Shown: positions 1-13,345 of the stretch, one piece after another | Layout of the letters: every line of letters begins with the position of its first letter | Numbering within the stretch: position 1 is the stretch's first letter | Source: Catajapyx aquilonaris | Lineage: Eukaryota | Assembly (NCBI GenBank): GCA_000934665.2 | Contig: JYFJ02004203.1 | Location: 1 to 33,929 of the forward strand | Direction of reading: 5' to 3' | Length of the DNA stretch: 33,929 nucleotides | Notes under the pieces: generated by a model | The model's input: only the letters and a program-made list of their open reading frames with translations | What the model was told of the DNA's origin: nothing | The model's database searches: none | Made by a program: the position numbers and the translations under genes

Positions 1-3000
1 CGATTACAATTGCAATTGGTTAAACTCTTATTTTTTTTCCAGATAATTTTTTTTCTTTACTTGAAACGTGACTTAGGAGTGTGTTACTTGCACGTAACTG
101 GCATCTGATTCAAAATAACAAAGGAACAAAAGAAACCTTTAATGGCCACTCTCGGACCGGACACGTACTTTTCACCTACTTGCTTTACAAATCGGTTTTT
201 TTTTATTATTTATTTCTCGGCCTTACCACTTTCGGCGAGTGAGACATGAATCGGGCCGATCAACCAGAGTTATAAAAAAAAATATTGTGTAATAAAAGAA
301 TTTTCCAGGCGACCTTGTTATGTACTTATTAACGGTAACTGTAGGCCATCAAGTCCGTCCTTTCATGCTGATCTATGCTTTTAAAACGACACCTGTTGGT
401 ATAATGAGTCTGTTACATTGTTATTAGTGTACAGAGTGGAGAGCCTTTGAAGTTAGCGCTTCCAGGAACTTACATTATTATCAATTTAAACAAAATTCAG
501 AAATTACAATTAAAAATTGTAATATGAACTACATGGTTTTAATGATCTTGTGATGCTGTTGCTAAAAAGCATTAAAATTGATGCTCTTTTTAATATTTTG
601 CGGTTTACAATGTTGCCAGTTAAAAAGATTTATAGCGCACCATTTGATATTTTGACGCTACGAAATTAGCAGATTGCAAATTCCCAAAAAATCAGATGGA
701 GCAATATTCCTGAGTACATTGCGCGTTGGTGCATAAAATGTGATAAATGTTCAGCATGTAATCCGTCAGCATAAAAACCAGATTACAAGGCTCAGTCATC
801 CGCTTAATAAACAGTAAAAGCATTGCTTAATAACATGCATAGCAACTTGCAGCCCATTATCCATTGAATTAATTACAATTTTTTTTTCCAAAAAAAGGGG
901 GTAAACCTTATACCACCAGTTTTTATTCCCCAAAAAATTATGTCACCTGCCTCTAACTGACTGACGCCCTTAAAGTAGTCCAGCTCCATTCACCAAAATT
1001 CATCCTTTGCCTTGAACACCTTGTGACCTGGAAATTTTCCAGCTCAGAATAAAAAGGCCCACGCCCTTTTCTATCCTAGCATATGGAAGGCGTGTTAAGA
1101 CACGACTTTTTCTGTTAAATTTTTTGGGGGGAAAACGAACTAGGTGGCATGGCCCCCCAAAAAAATCTTCCATCACTAATCCACTAATTGGCAGCAATGG
1201 ATTTTTCTCTGAGAGTTTTCTGATCAAAATGCCCTTGCAAGTGGTGTCACCTTAGGTTGGTGAAGGAAAAGGTCAACCACGAGTTGGGTCTCTGGTGGTT
1301 GCTGGAGCGTATCTAATACCTTTTGGAGAACGTGAGGGGGTGTGGGGTATGTATGTAAGGTTGCAATTGCCAGGGTATGATACAGTGCAAAAAGGGGAGA
1401 GATCCAGATCACGGATGTTGCGTAACATGATGAGAAAGTCTGTAGGTCGAGGACTTCTTGGGCATGGATGGGTGTGGACTGGGGAAGGATTGATGTGCAG
1501 CTTACATCTGTATGACTACATATTTCCATTAAGTTAGGTTGGTACAACTGGTATGCTCTCAATTTGACAAAAACAACAGCTTGAAATAATGAGAATAATT
1601 GTTATGTAATTACATACACACAAAAAAACTACCAGCCCATTTTTGTAAACAAACACTGAAGTTAGCATGCGTTAACTTGACATTTGTCAAAAACTGAGCT
1701 ATGCAATTATTATTAATGGCATACCTGTCATTGACCTGGATATGTGCACGAACAGCCGCGTTACTAACCTGACCTAAAATGAACTCCATTCACCGATACT
1801 CAAATTCTTTGTGCTTGTGTAATTTAGGAATCAAACTAAGGGGATGAGTGAGATCATTAGAAAATGTAAAATTACATGCATTAGTCTAATACAACAGTTT
1901 TGCGCACAGTGGTCGTGATAATTGGCATAAATTGCAATAGAAAGGGAGCGCTTATACTACTGTCCTTGAAGCTTGACCCAAGTAGACGTCATACCAATTG
2001 CAGTAGTACACATTTCAAGTGTATAAAACTCGTCTAATTACCTTTCACCTTGATTCAAAACAGCCAGGGGACTAATAACCTTCGCCGACTGAAGACAACA
2101 ATACTTATTGGCTACAGTAAAGTTTACAACGAGGGTCTCATCCCACTGAATTTTATGAGTCTCCAAACACACATTATTGCCTAACAAGAATGCCCCTATT
2201 TTCCACGAAGCTCTATAGAATCCGTAGCAAATACATATAAAAAACCGGATTTAATTCAGTAAGGTCGATCCAGGTCGTAAAAATTTCCTTACAAAGTGTG
2301 AACATTACCTGCCCTTGCCTTTTACTCGCGAATCAGTCAGTGCACTTTCACACTCGCAATTTTTTTTGGTCTGTTTGCGAATTGTGGCTGGAGAAACCTC
2401 GACGACCTTTGTGGTTTATAGAATCAAAAATGTGAACAAAATTTTTGCACACTTTGTATGACTTCACCGTGAAAATATTGTCCTTGAAGAGTATGCACGG
2501 TCATCACCAAAACTTGTGTTCAGTATAGTTGGGTGGTCCATTTCATCCCACCAAACAGAGGGCAAGGTCTAAGACTCAATTTGAGACCATTTGATAATTT
2601 GTCTCAGCGGGTAACCTATGCAAGGACGGTCACGAGGTCCATTACACGCAATGTATCAGAAGAGACTCAACAGTTTTGCCCATCAGAAAACGACAACAAC
2701 ATTAAGGAGGATATTACCACAGCCCCCACTTGTGGGTCCAAGTTTCCGCCCATTCAAAACCTGCTTCTCTATTATCGTATCCTTGCCAAGGCATTCTCTG
2801 CAATAAATTGCTGGCAGCAGTTCCGAACCATTGATTTTTAGAGACGATGAAGAAACAGGATCGACCTAAAAGATATTGTCAATTGGAAACAATCGAATTT
2901 GCTCTAGGCCGTCAGCTGTCACTAAAAATTCGGCCGATTTTTGTACAGAAACAGACAGGTAACGCCCAAGTGCGAAAATACGTCAGAAATATAATGTACA

Positions 3001-3374
3001 AGGTGGTTCACTCCTAAGAAGTTCACTCCTAAAAATATTCAATTTAATGAACAATATGAAAATTTTGTCCACAGTTTCTAATGTGGTCATTAGAAATGTT
3101 AACACTATTAATCATCCAATTTCTTCAAGTGACACAGCTTTTAGTGATTTTTTAAATTAGCAAGGCCGTTACGTTTGTGTTTTCAAGGTTGCACCACATT
3201 CTTTTCAAATGATAAGACATACTGGTCCCTATAGCCCCATTAATTTAAAGGTTAACCATGAAATTCTATCAATGCTTTTACAACCGGCTAAGATCTCTTA
3301 TCGACACGCATGTGTTGCAGCTGGTGATCGGAAGTCAGGCCAAACATGGTCGAAAGTGCATAAAATATCACCAA

Positions 3375-3394
3375 CTCTCTCTCTCTCTCTCTCT
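3375..3394. repeat. (CT)10 microsatellite
   Basis: Direct reading. Confidence 0.9.
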
Positions 3395-4467
3395 GAATAT
3401 GAATTTTAACCTTGATGGCAATGCAACAACTTTTTAGTTACTGTCGCTTTCACTGCGGTATGATTTTTCCCACACTTTGCAATATTTAACAGTTGATCCG
3501 TTATTTACTGCCTTAGTTTAGGTTAATAAGTGGAACACACTCTCCTCTGCCTTGTAAGGACAACAACTTCATAATGTTCGTCGTGTCGACACATTTGAGT
3601 GCGTTCAGGTTTTGTTTGTTTTTTTTCAGATGAAAAATTCGCCAAAAAAGGGCGTATCCCCCTAACTGGCAATCGGTCCGAAAAAAAGCATGAAATTTGC
3701 AAAAATTCGTCAAAATTACATAACATGCTGATTCTTCACTTTCCCTTCAGATTCTGTGGAAGCCCATTGTTCCTTTAAATACGAAACAATTGGTGCGGAT
3801 TAAATATATGCGAAAATATTATCGCATTGACGCATTGCACTTCCGGGTGAAAAAAGGGAAAGGAACTTGCAAACCTTGCAGGATCCATCTGAAGGCCATT
3901 GTTATACGCAGATTTTGTCGTTTACACCTCACCCCTCCTTTAAATTGATGAGGGCGTGGCCGTCTCGTACATATACGTCGCATCTAATTGTGACAATCAC
4001 AATTACCTGCGAAATATGACCTTAACCCTCCTGGTTTCAAGACCAAGCTCATCTTAGGGTAAAGGTTAGTAGAATGCAAAAAAAATAACGCCACACCTTT
4101 TATATTCGCATATGAGAGGGACAGGTCTTTTTTTTTAAATTCTTAAAGACTTGTGGGTAAAGGCCGCCAAGATATCACGCCAGGAGGGCTTCCTAGGAGA
4201 GCTGCCCAGTTCGGCTTCACTTTCACTTCTCCCTCATCGTACTGGCAAACTGGCCTGCCTGCAAGCAACTATCTACTTTTTTTTTATCCCCCTCAAAGGT
4301 CTTCCCACCCCCTCTTAGAATTGTCCTATCAAAAATGGCCTAGGCGGGGATCCTGGCCAAGAGTGACCTAATTCTAATTGGAGTATATGGGCGGGAAAAA
4401 GCGGTGGGTTAAAGGTGAGGTTTAGGGGGGGGGGGAGGGTTGGTGAGTGGGGTAGGTTCTGTCCTTA

Positions 4468-4593
4468 TATATAAATGATGACGCCAGTAAGGTACCACAC
4501 TTTGGTTGTGGTGACTTGGAGCTACCCAGGTGGGGAGTTTGGACCTCAGTGTTGTGAACAGTGCGGTGTTGAATTGTTGAAATTATTCCACAG
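4468..4593 (+). promoter_or_regulatory. TATA box and probable 5'-UTR intron of the cuticle-like gene
   Basis: TATATAAA at 4468-4475. CAG|GTGGGG donor at 4530 and TTCCACAG| acceptor ending 4593 (64-nt intron), 5 nt before the ATG. Confidence 0.6.
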
Positions 4594-4598
4594 GCACA

Positions 4599-6098
4599 AT
4601 GACGAGAATCCTTCTGGTTCTGGCCCTGGCCGCGGCTGTCCATGCCGGCAGCGTGGTAAATCTGCCATACACCAACCCGGCTGGCGTCACCTACATCAAT
4701 GGCGGACCAGCCGGTTACGCTGTCGACACTGGCGCCCACTTTGACCACGGCGTCGCAGCAGCCCCCGCCGGTCCCGTCCTGGATGGCCACGCATACGCTG
4801 GTCACGCTGTGGACGGTCACGCATACGCTGGGCACGCTCTGGCCGGTCATGGCTATGCTGGACACGGCCTGGCCGGACACGGCTATGCTGGACACGGCTA
4901 TGCTGGACACGGTCACGCTCACTTGGCAGCGTACGCCCCCGCACCAGTCATCGGTAAGGTTCCAGCTGTCGCTCATGTCCCGGCCGTATCTAAAGTTCCC
5001 GCTGTAGCCGATGTCCCTGTGACAACCCTACACGCCACTCCTGGCGTCGTTGGGAAATTTGTGGATGTTGCTCATCCTGCTGTGTCCAAGCGTCGCTTCC
5101 AGGTTCGTAGGCCTGCCATCCGTAAGGAGTACTACGATATCGAGCAGACCATCCGTCTGCGTCCTGTCGGTTCCACCCTGTTGGAGCTGGAGACCCCGAG
5201 GGTCAAGACCCAGCTGGGTCCCGCAGTCATCGCCCCATCTGACCACGTCCCTGCAGGTCCCGTGGTGGCTGCTGGTGTTGGCCGCCGTGTGGTCGACGGA
5301 CCAGTCCATCTCCGAGGCACCCTGTTCGACGCCCCAGCCCATATCGACGCCCCAGAGCACATCGAGTACCCACAGCACGGAGGAGTCTTCGAGGGCGTCG
5401 AGGTGAACGCCGCTGACTTCCGCGCCGTATCCCCATCCCCATCGCCATTCCCACAGTTCTCAACCCCAGCTCCATCCTTCCCATCCCCATCTCCTCTGCC
5501 CCAGGCCCAATCCAGGGGCGCACCACCCCAGCAGCGCCAGCAGCAGCCCCAGCAGGCACGCGGACCCGCCCCTCGCGGACCAGCCCCACAGGGACCCCCA
5601 GAGCACGCCCGCAGCCTGCCCATCCACGAGTCCGCCCATGCCCAGGAGTACCTCCATGGCATTCTGGAGAGCCCACCAGGTCCAGTCCTGGCTGTTGAGG
5701 GCGGCCCAGGGCCTGTGACCAGCGCCCGTGTGCTTGAGGCATTCGGGAGCACCGCCAACCTGCCTCTTCCAGGTGAGGAGCGTATGACCTCCCGTCGTAT
5801 TGCCCTTCTCCGTAACGTCGAGACCGTCCAGGATGTCGAGGTCAACGAGCCTGCTACCAAGCTGCACCGCCTGCATGTCGAGCAGCCCGTGGTGTACAAG
5901 ACCGCCCATACCAGCATCGCCCGTGTGCCAACCCACATCCCAGTGGCCACCTCCGTTCCAGTGGCCACCAAGGTGCCCGCAGTCGTCGGCCATGCCTACC
6001 CAGCCCATGCCCATGCCCATCTGGAGCCAGCCTACGCTGCACACGGGCATGCGCATGGTGCTTACCATGGTGCATACCAGGGTGCTTACAACTATTAA
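4599..6098 (+). CDS. Secreted low-complexity cuticle-associated protein (499 aa, no R&R chitin-binding consensus seen)
   Basis: GC3-rich 499-aa ORF. Signal peptide MTRILLVLALAAAVHA; GH(A/G)YA repeats; VPAV repeats; Pro/Gln-rich core; His/Ala/Tyr C-terminus. TATA box upstream and AATAAA downstream. Composition is typical of arthropod cuticular proteins. Confidence 0.85.
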   Translation: MTRILLVLALAAAVHAGSVVNLPYTNPAGVTYINGGPAGYAVDTGAHFDHGVAAAPAGPVLDGHAYAGHAVDGHAYAGHALAGHGYAGHGLAGHGYAGHGYAGHGHAHLAAYAPAPVIGKVPAVAHVPAVSKVPAVADVPVTTLHATPGVVGKFVDVAHPAVSKRRFQVRRPAIRKEYYDIEQTIRLRPVGSTLLELETPRVKTQLGPAVIAPSDHVPAGPVVAAGVGRRVVDGPVHLRGTLFDAPAHIDAPEHIEYPQHGGVFEGVEVNAADFRAVSPSPSPFPQFSTPAPSFPSPSPLPQAQSRGAPPQQRQQQPQQARGPAPRGPAPQGPPEHARSLPIHESAHAQEYLHGILESPPGPVLAVEGGPGPVTSARVLEAFGSTANLPLPGEERMTSRRIALLRNVETVQDVEVNEPATKLHRLHVEQPVVYKTAHTSIARVPTHIPVATSVPVATKVPAVVGHAYPAHAHAHLEPAYAAHGHAHGAYHGAYQGAYNY

Positions 6099-6192
6099 AC
6101 CGGACCCAGTAGGGTCGACAACTCCTCCGATTTACCCTTTCTCTCCACGATTGAAACTTACAGTTTCAATCATGGCGAAGAAAGGCTGTCTA

Positions 6193-6213
6193 AATAAAGA
6201 CTGGTCAAATAAA
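6193..6213 (+). terminator. Polyadenylation signals of the cuticle-like gene
   Basis: AATAAA at 6193-6198 and 6208-6213, about 100 nt after the stop, followed by T/GT-rich sequence. Confidence 0.6.
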
Positions 6214-7996
6214 GAGAACGGGACGCTTGTGGGGATTTTTTGTAGTAAAATTTTTGTAATATATGATCTTTAAAAAAAAATTATGAGATGTTGAAGCAAA
6301 ACGGAAGAGCGGATGTCAAATGTGCTTTCTTTTTTCAAGTTGTATTTATTTATTCCCCCATGTTATCATACTTGACCTTATTTTCCTCTGAGATCCAACA
6401 ATGGTTTTCAGCTCAGACCAAGATGATATTACTGTGACTTAGCTCCCGGGCCAAACAATTACACTACGTAATTGTTTGGCAGGCGAGCTATGATCCCCCC
6501 CAAATATGTCAATTTTTTCACAATGCTAATTTGTCTTCTATCGAAACAGGAATTTCATGTGCGAAATCCTCAACAGTGCTTAGAAAATGAAGAAAAAAAT
6601 AATAAATAAAAAAAGCGCTGTTACCAACAATGAGGGGTGCGTTTTAATTTGCCCTCAAACCGGAATCAGCTTTAAATCCCTTCCCCAAACATTCACCAAC
6701 CTTGGATCACACTATAATTTACAACGTACTAAATACGCCACCTTCACTCAATGTAAGAGGTCAGAATTAAACATGGGATAAAACTATATCATAGATAATG
6801 TTTTTTAGATGCATATCTAACTAACCGATCCCTGACCTCAAAAAAAATATGACAAATGCCTACAGGCTATATAATTTTTTTTATATATAGAAAGGGTACA
6901 CAATCTGTGATGTCTGTTTCTGCAAAAGTCCTCGATAGATATCGCCATTTTTTTCGCAACACACACGTAAATTTCGATATGCGTTTAATTGCTCCGACAA
7001 TGAAATCGTGCAAGTAGTCATCTAGTGAAAGGCATATCGGAATGAGCTGGAATTTTTTTTTCAAGAGTTGTTATCAATCATACACACCTGGCCTTATAAG
7101 GTATGCGCAAGTCACGGTCTATTTTTGCAAGTGGGCGAGTAATAAAATGTGCAGAATTCGCATCAACAATTGGTTAAATTGTTGAGTGCGTTGAAGTAGT
7201 AATAAATGCGTATGCAAATAAATAAAGTATGCAAAATTTAACATTGTTGAAATTTTGCTGATTTCATAACATTTTATTCCTGTTGGGATCACCATGTACT
7301 TTTTTTTTTAAATCGCCTTTCACTCCATGACTTATCTAGGAATCGAGTGATTCGGGTACAAAACGAAGAGAAGGGACCTGGAGTAACATTGTTTCCCATA
7401 AAAACTAGGGAGCAGCACCATGAATCAACCAGTGCTGCGCCTCAGCTTTTGCCCAATATGTCACTTGGACCATTAAACAGGCTTCTGTGTTCCTCCAAAA
7501 CCGGTAAGGTTGCAATTGGGATAGAACCTTTATGTGGAGCCAATATCTAATACCTGATCTTGAAGCCAACACCTACTTTTTAAGGTAGTTGCCAATCAGT
7601 TTGTGGGACACTGCGCCAAGATCATTCTTGATTGGAGGCAATAATAATGCTGCAATAAAACTGCTGCATTTTTATTAGTCTTATACACAGCTGATCGTAA
7701 TCTAAATGTGGGTGTACGATTTTGAATGTATGATGTTGGCATGTGTTGGATAGAAAGTAAACTCTTGGGAAGTATCCAGGAAGGACACAAGGTCAGGGAG
7801 TATCCTACGAGGTATGCAACACACAGGTTTTAAATTAATCATTTTCGCATTGTTATTGTGAGTGTAAATGTTGTTAAAGCTATTGTTATGTTGACTTGCT
7901 TTGGACGTGAGCTTGTAGCGAAACATACTTTGGCAATACCAATCCTTCGAGTTACTGGTTGAAAGACTGACATACCAGGCGAAATGCACATAATGT

Positions 7997-10684
7997 TTAA
8001 ATAAGCAGTTTTCTCCTGGTTAACCTCAACGCAATGAAGATCAGCAGCATGATCACCACTGTCCAAACAATGGTGGTGACAAACCCGAGCCAGACTCTCC
8101 AGTGAGTGATGTCCCATCCTCTGATCATCATGCTTCTGGTTGCCTCCGTGGCCCACATTGTTGGAGACAACCAGCAAAACCACTTCATGTGCCTGAATGG
8201 CGTTGCTTCCAAAGGCCAGAGAGTACCGCTTGTCAGAATCACTGGAAATAGTGTCCCCAGCATGAGGGCCGCCAGAGCTAACATGTCTGGAGTAAAGATG
8301 GACATCAACAGTCCTAAGGCCAGTCCCATCGAGCCTTGCAAGGAGACCAGAAGAAAGACCAATGGAAAGGTTGATAATACTGGAGGATTCAGGTAGAAGT
8401 AGAGGGTCAGCATCATGGCCAACACCTGGAGAACCAGAGTTGTGTGCATGGACAGCATACTGGCAGTCAGTGTCTCCCAGGCTGAAATTCCTGCAACAAT
8501 CAAAATTCACATTTTAGCATGGAATGAAAGAGATGTCCAATAATAATGCATCAGATGTATGTTAATCTCACCTGAAACTTCTACTCGACTGGATATTCCG
8601 GTTGTTCGATCCAGCATGGTGTAAACTGCTGCAGTCACTGTGCTGAATCCAACGCTCAAGCTGAATATGAACAAAAGTACAAGAGTGTCAGCAGCATATG
8701 TGCTAACCGAACAACTTACTGGATTAATATTCCTGGTGACATAAATTCGCTGAATTTGGGAGCGTCGGAGCCAAACACTGCATCACCGAACTGAAAGCAT
8801 TAATTTTAAAATGTTTATTCTTCAACAATCTGTACTAAACATCGTAATTTGTAATTAAGCAGTACGTTACCTCAATGGGTGGTCTGGATAAGTAATGGTT
8901 GATATTACATGTTTCTAGCATTTGCTGGATGAATTCACCAAACTTGATATTCACCATTCTCTGCACCATGTATCCAATTTGTTGATCTAAATAAGCGCAA
9001 CAATAAAAATAATAGGATAGTCCCAATTATTAATTTTTGTTGCAGTATACTTACTTGACATATCCATTTTAAATCTTACAACCGCATTATTCATGGTGTC
9101 ATTTTCACCAACAATGTTATTGATGAATCTGTTTCCCACAGCCTCTGAAAAAGTTACTGGAAACGTGATGACACCCCATGCCTCTCCTTTCATCACAGCA
9201 GTCGACGCACACGTCTCGTCATCGTATGGCACCTGTCCAAAATAAATATCTTAATTATATTCATGATGGCATATATAATTTCAAATATTATTACTAGTGT
9301 AATCATCTTGTGATCCAGAGTCTGAAGAAACCTGCAGCTGAAGTTGAGGAACTGACAATCGTTGTGCATTTGACACACCGGATCCTGAGGCCACTCGTGG
9401 TTCACCACGGCCATCTTAAGTCCCATTGGATCACCCCCAATCACGATACAGAAAATAAGTATGATTAATGGAGGAATCACGAAGAACGACGCGAAAAGAC
9501 TGGAACAACAAGAACCGTGGACGTATGAACATTACTTTTATGTATTTAAAAAAAAGTACTTACGGCCACATACGACGCTGTCGGACGAGTATCTTGATGA
9601 CAAGGGCCAATATGTGGTCGAAATAATATGAGCCACTGATTTGCTGCCAATTTGGCAGTGCCAAATTTTTCGCAGGAACATAGATTTTTGGTGAAATAAG
9701 ATCGTTTGCAGATGCCTGGTCCTCTTTGAGACAAAGGTGCAGGAAAACTTCTTCCAAGTTGTGTGAACCATGTTTTGAAACTATGGAAGAGGGCATATCT
9801 TGAGCTAAGAGGCTACCATTCCTCATAATGCCGACCATGTCAGCGTGTCGAGCTTCTTCGATGTAATGTGTTGTTAGAAGAACTGTACAGTTTCCTTTCG
9901 ATGTCAGTTGACGAAGATGACTCCACACCCTTTGAAATCAAGAAGAGTTTCAGCATTTCCGGATATTTTTGGTAAAAAAAATTATTAGAACGTACTAACA
10001 TTTGCCTGAGGAGAGGGTCAACTCCAACAGTGGGTTCATCCAACACAAGCAGTTCTGGTCCATGAAGAAGAGCCAAGGCGAAAGACACACGACGTTGTTG
10101 TCCTCCACTGTGTGTTTCATAATTTAGCCCACATCATCAGACATATGCATAAAATGTGTCTCACCTGAGGGTATGAATTAATCTACTTCTGTGTGGCAGC
10201 TGTAGAAAAGTGGTCAAGAAGGTTAATCGACATTTGATGGCATCCAGGGTCATTCTGTGAACGCGACCATAAAAGTGAATAGTTTCGTCTATCGAGAACT
10301 CCATGTTCAGCGATAACTCCTGTGGCATATAGCCTAATCTTGATCCAGGTACTCCAAGCCCTGGAGTTCTTGGAGGATGACCAAAAATATGAACGGCACC
10401 TGAATCCAGTTCGCTAATGCCAACAATGCACGACAAGATTGTTGTCTTTCCGCTGCCACTAGCTCCCAATAAAGCGTATCTAAAAAATATTTAAAAATTA
10501 TGACGTCATATTTTTTTTTAAATATATAATTTTGTGGTGCCACTTACATGCTTCCCTTTTTGACAGTCATTCTGTAGTTATGCAGCACATGAGAAGCCTT
10601 CATGCCTCTTCCGTATGACTTAAATGCATTTGAAACTACTATTGCATCTGGTGAATCGGGTATTTCAACCATAGATGGGTCCAT
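7997..10684 (-). CDS. ABCH: ABC transporter subfamily H (NBD-TMD half transporter), 692 aa, 10 coding exons
   Basis: Exons 10684-10548, 10479-10165, 10107-10000, 9929-9564, 9499-9295, 9232-9055, 8986-8871, 8790-8720, 8660-8572, 8490-7997; all GT-AG and phase-consistent (2079 nt). Walker [11 protein letters not shown]-loop GYMPQE, signature [10 protein letters not shown], Walker B/D-loop [14 protein letters not shown]-loop TTHYIEEA. Large extracellular loop ([21 protein letters not shown]) then an ABC2-type membrane domain ([11 protein letters not shown]). Confidence 0.92.
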
Positions 10685-10691
10685 TTTTCAC

Positions 10692-11364
10692 CTGTTGAGA
10701 TTGTAAGTGCGACAATGGATAAATAGCTGTTCTGACTTACCCAGGATTGAAACCAACTTGAAGAATCCAACCCTTCACTTGACAGCAGTAAACACACTGT
10801 GAGGCAACCTGGATAAACACGAAAATAGAAAAACAACACACCAGGCCTTCCTACCAAAGAGCATGATAACTATATTTAATCTCTTTGCTCCTTATCATCC
10901 GACGTCTTTAATTACACACTCAAGAATCACGCGAGGAACTTACATTTTCCCACTTCTGCTTATGAATCTGGTTGCATAATTTCACAACGAAAAGAAAACA
11001 ACTCATTAAAATTTTATTCCCTAACAAAATAATATTGCCTCATTGTTGAAGGGTCATGCAGTGTGCACTTGATATTTTAAAACAGCAATGTCAAGAATAA
11101 TCACAATCATTACGCCCAGATATATTTTGGACGAATTAAGTAATATATTCTCACCTGGATCAGAGTGTTGTTTGGCACATCTTTAGAGTCAGTTGCACTA
11201 ACACAATATTATAGACTTCCTCGTTGGATCAGATTATTATGATTGCAAAACATTCGTTGCCTGCTTTGTTTTGTTCCAAAATCCCGCCTACTTTTTACAC
11301 GCACATTAGAGTACTCTGTACAAAAAGGGGGGGAGGGGGGATTTAACACTGGTTTATTTATATA
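10692..11364 (-). promoter_or_regulatory. Probable spliced 5' leader of ABCH with candidate TATA
   Basis: Acceptor at 10692-10693; candidate non-coding exons 10741-10808 (strong pyrimidine tract, GTAAGT donor) and 10944-11020; CAG|GTGAGA donor at 11154; TATATAAA-like sequence near 11357-11364. Confidence 0.4.
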
Positions 11365-12718
11365 ATCACTGACGTGATTTCTTGCTAACAAAATATGATT
11401 TCATAAACTTCACAAAATGTAGGGAGACCAAATGATAAAATTGAATAATAATAATAATAGATGATGATAGTGATGATGATGATGATGTGCACTGCAGTTC
11501 TCCCTGGAATTGTGGCGGCATCATATAAAAAATGTGTGTTAAATTCCCCTAAGAACCCAAGGTCGCAATATCTTAATATACACCTCTACGTGTAACTTCA
11601 TTTTTTACGCATGAAAAAAGTAATGTCCAAGAGAACTCTGGAGTGTTAAAAAAACGGGCAGTGTACAGTTATAGCCATAACGTCTTCAGCTGTGGCCTTG
11701 GTCAGTTGCACTCACTTTATGCACAGAACTAGTCTGTAAAATTAATAATCTGACGGACATACGCTGAAAAAGGAAATACTAGTCATACAAAAATATGCAG
11801 TACAAAAAACAATACACAAGTAATCATTAAATAAAATGTAACTGTTTGGGTCTTAATAAGTGGGGTGTCAAATTGATTCAATGGGTCGTAACCCTGAGCA
11901 TTGCAATGTGACCCTTTTGAATCTAGATAAAATTGTCCCCTTTCCGGAGTCTAAACTCGATTCGTGATTCGAAAAATTATCAGTCGTTTTGTGTACGGTA
12001 CTCGATCGGGGGGAATGTTGGACCTGAGCTTCCGAGTGCCCTGCAGGTAAGTTCTTTATTGAATTATTCATAATTAATAATTTTGATGGCAGGAGTTTTG
12101 ATTCGATGGAAAAAAGTTATGGATTGCCTCACATGAAGTTCACTTACTTGAGATCCGATTGCAGGAAGACCTTTTTTTTTGTTCCAGATGCATAGTTATC
12201 CCTACTGTGCTAATTTACCCTGAGGTGTTCAGTACTTGACCTCGGATTAAATTGATTCAAAATAGTTATTTCCCAATGACGATTGTAATCATTCTACTTT
12301 TTTATTATGGTCAATTTTTTGACTTCTTTTTTGCCTTTTGTCAATTTTTTTGGACTTTTATTGAAAACTTGAGACCAAAAAGGAAGAATGGCATATTATA
12401 GATTTTTGAATATGACATGTTCATACGAAAGTGTTTTTTTTGTGCATGTTGTGTGTTTGCAATTTTTCGACATTCCGAAAAAGCAGTTAGGTTGGATAAT
12501 ATTATCAGGTGAATTTGAATAATTAGGATGGAACATGATGTATAAGAATTGAGTAAGGCACAAATATTTCCTTGAATGACATAAATAGGCCTAATATTCG
12601 TATACGTATTTTTCGCTATAAAATTTGTAAATGTTTATTCATAATGCTTATAATTATCTGCATAGATCAGATAGTTGCAGAAAACTAAAAATGAAAATTT
12701 CGGACGCCGGTTTACGGA

Positions 12719-12752
12719 CCCCCCCCCCCCCCCANNNNNCCCCCCCCCCCCC
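12719..12752. other. Poly-C tract containing ambiguous bases or an assembly gap (N at 12735-12739)
   Basis: Five N flanked by C homopolymers. Confidence 0.95.
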
Positions 12753-12904
12753 AGCCTATGGACTTAACCTGTCTTCCGATTCCTGGGTTCAATTGAATTT
12801 TAGATTTTTTTGATAGAGTGAAAAGAGTTAATGGCAGTATTAATCTATACAAGAATTTATGAATTTTTACAGGCGAGTTCGAATCCATTTATTTTAAAGA
12901 ATGG

Positions 12905-13249
12905 GGGGAGGTGTGGTGGCCGTGATGGTAACGTCACGGCTTGCTGAGTGAAAGGCCCCAGGTTCGATCCCCGCCTGGGGAACTTTCCTTTCACCTGCGT
13001 CAGGAGGGTCTCTGACCTGCACCAAGGAGGTGTCTGGCAACCTAACCCCTGCGGGACAGCACATGACCCGTTTTCAGACGTGCACTTGCACCATGTTCCC
13101 TCCCCGAAAATCCCTATCCTTTCCTCTTGTCCTTTCATCCTTGCACAGGTGTTAGAAGAAAATAATAAGAAAATTGAAGGAAAATGGTGGTAATCCACCC
13201 CCCTATAAGGGCCCACGGCCCTAGCACGGGGTAACGTTAAAAAAATATA
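12905..13249 (+). mobile_element. tRNA-derived SINE with 15-bp target-site duplication
   Basis: Pol III A box TGGCCGTGATGG (12917-12928), B box GGTTCGATCCC (12961-12971), A-rich tail. Perfect TSD TATTTTAAAGAATGG at 12890-12904 and 13250-13264. Confidence 0.9.
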
Positions 13250-13345
13250 TATTTTAAAGAATGGCGATTAAAATAAAATGAAACAATATTCACCTTTCCT
13301 GCATATAGGAAAGGTTTTGTGTGTCTGTTGCATAATTTAGCTTAC

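Noticed and set aside
1000..2841. Short ORFs 1224-1562, 1295-1537 and 2533-2841
   Set aside because: No recognisable motifs or consistent exon chain; could be decayed repeats but I cannot support a call.
2997..3036. TACAAGGTGG start resembling a Tc1/mariner end, with GTTCACTCCTAA repeated twice
   Set aside because: No matching opposite terminus found.
4422..6273. Many long overlapping ORFs on both strands (e.g. 5132-5971 -, 5460-6068 -)
   Set aside because: Shadows of the GC-rich, repetitive 499-aa gene; no independent motifs.
12905..12980. Possible tRNA gene
   Set aside because: No proper cloverleaf; it continues into a body and tail bounded by a TSD, so it is a SINE.
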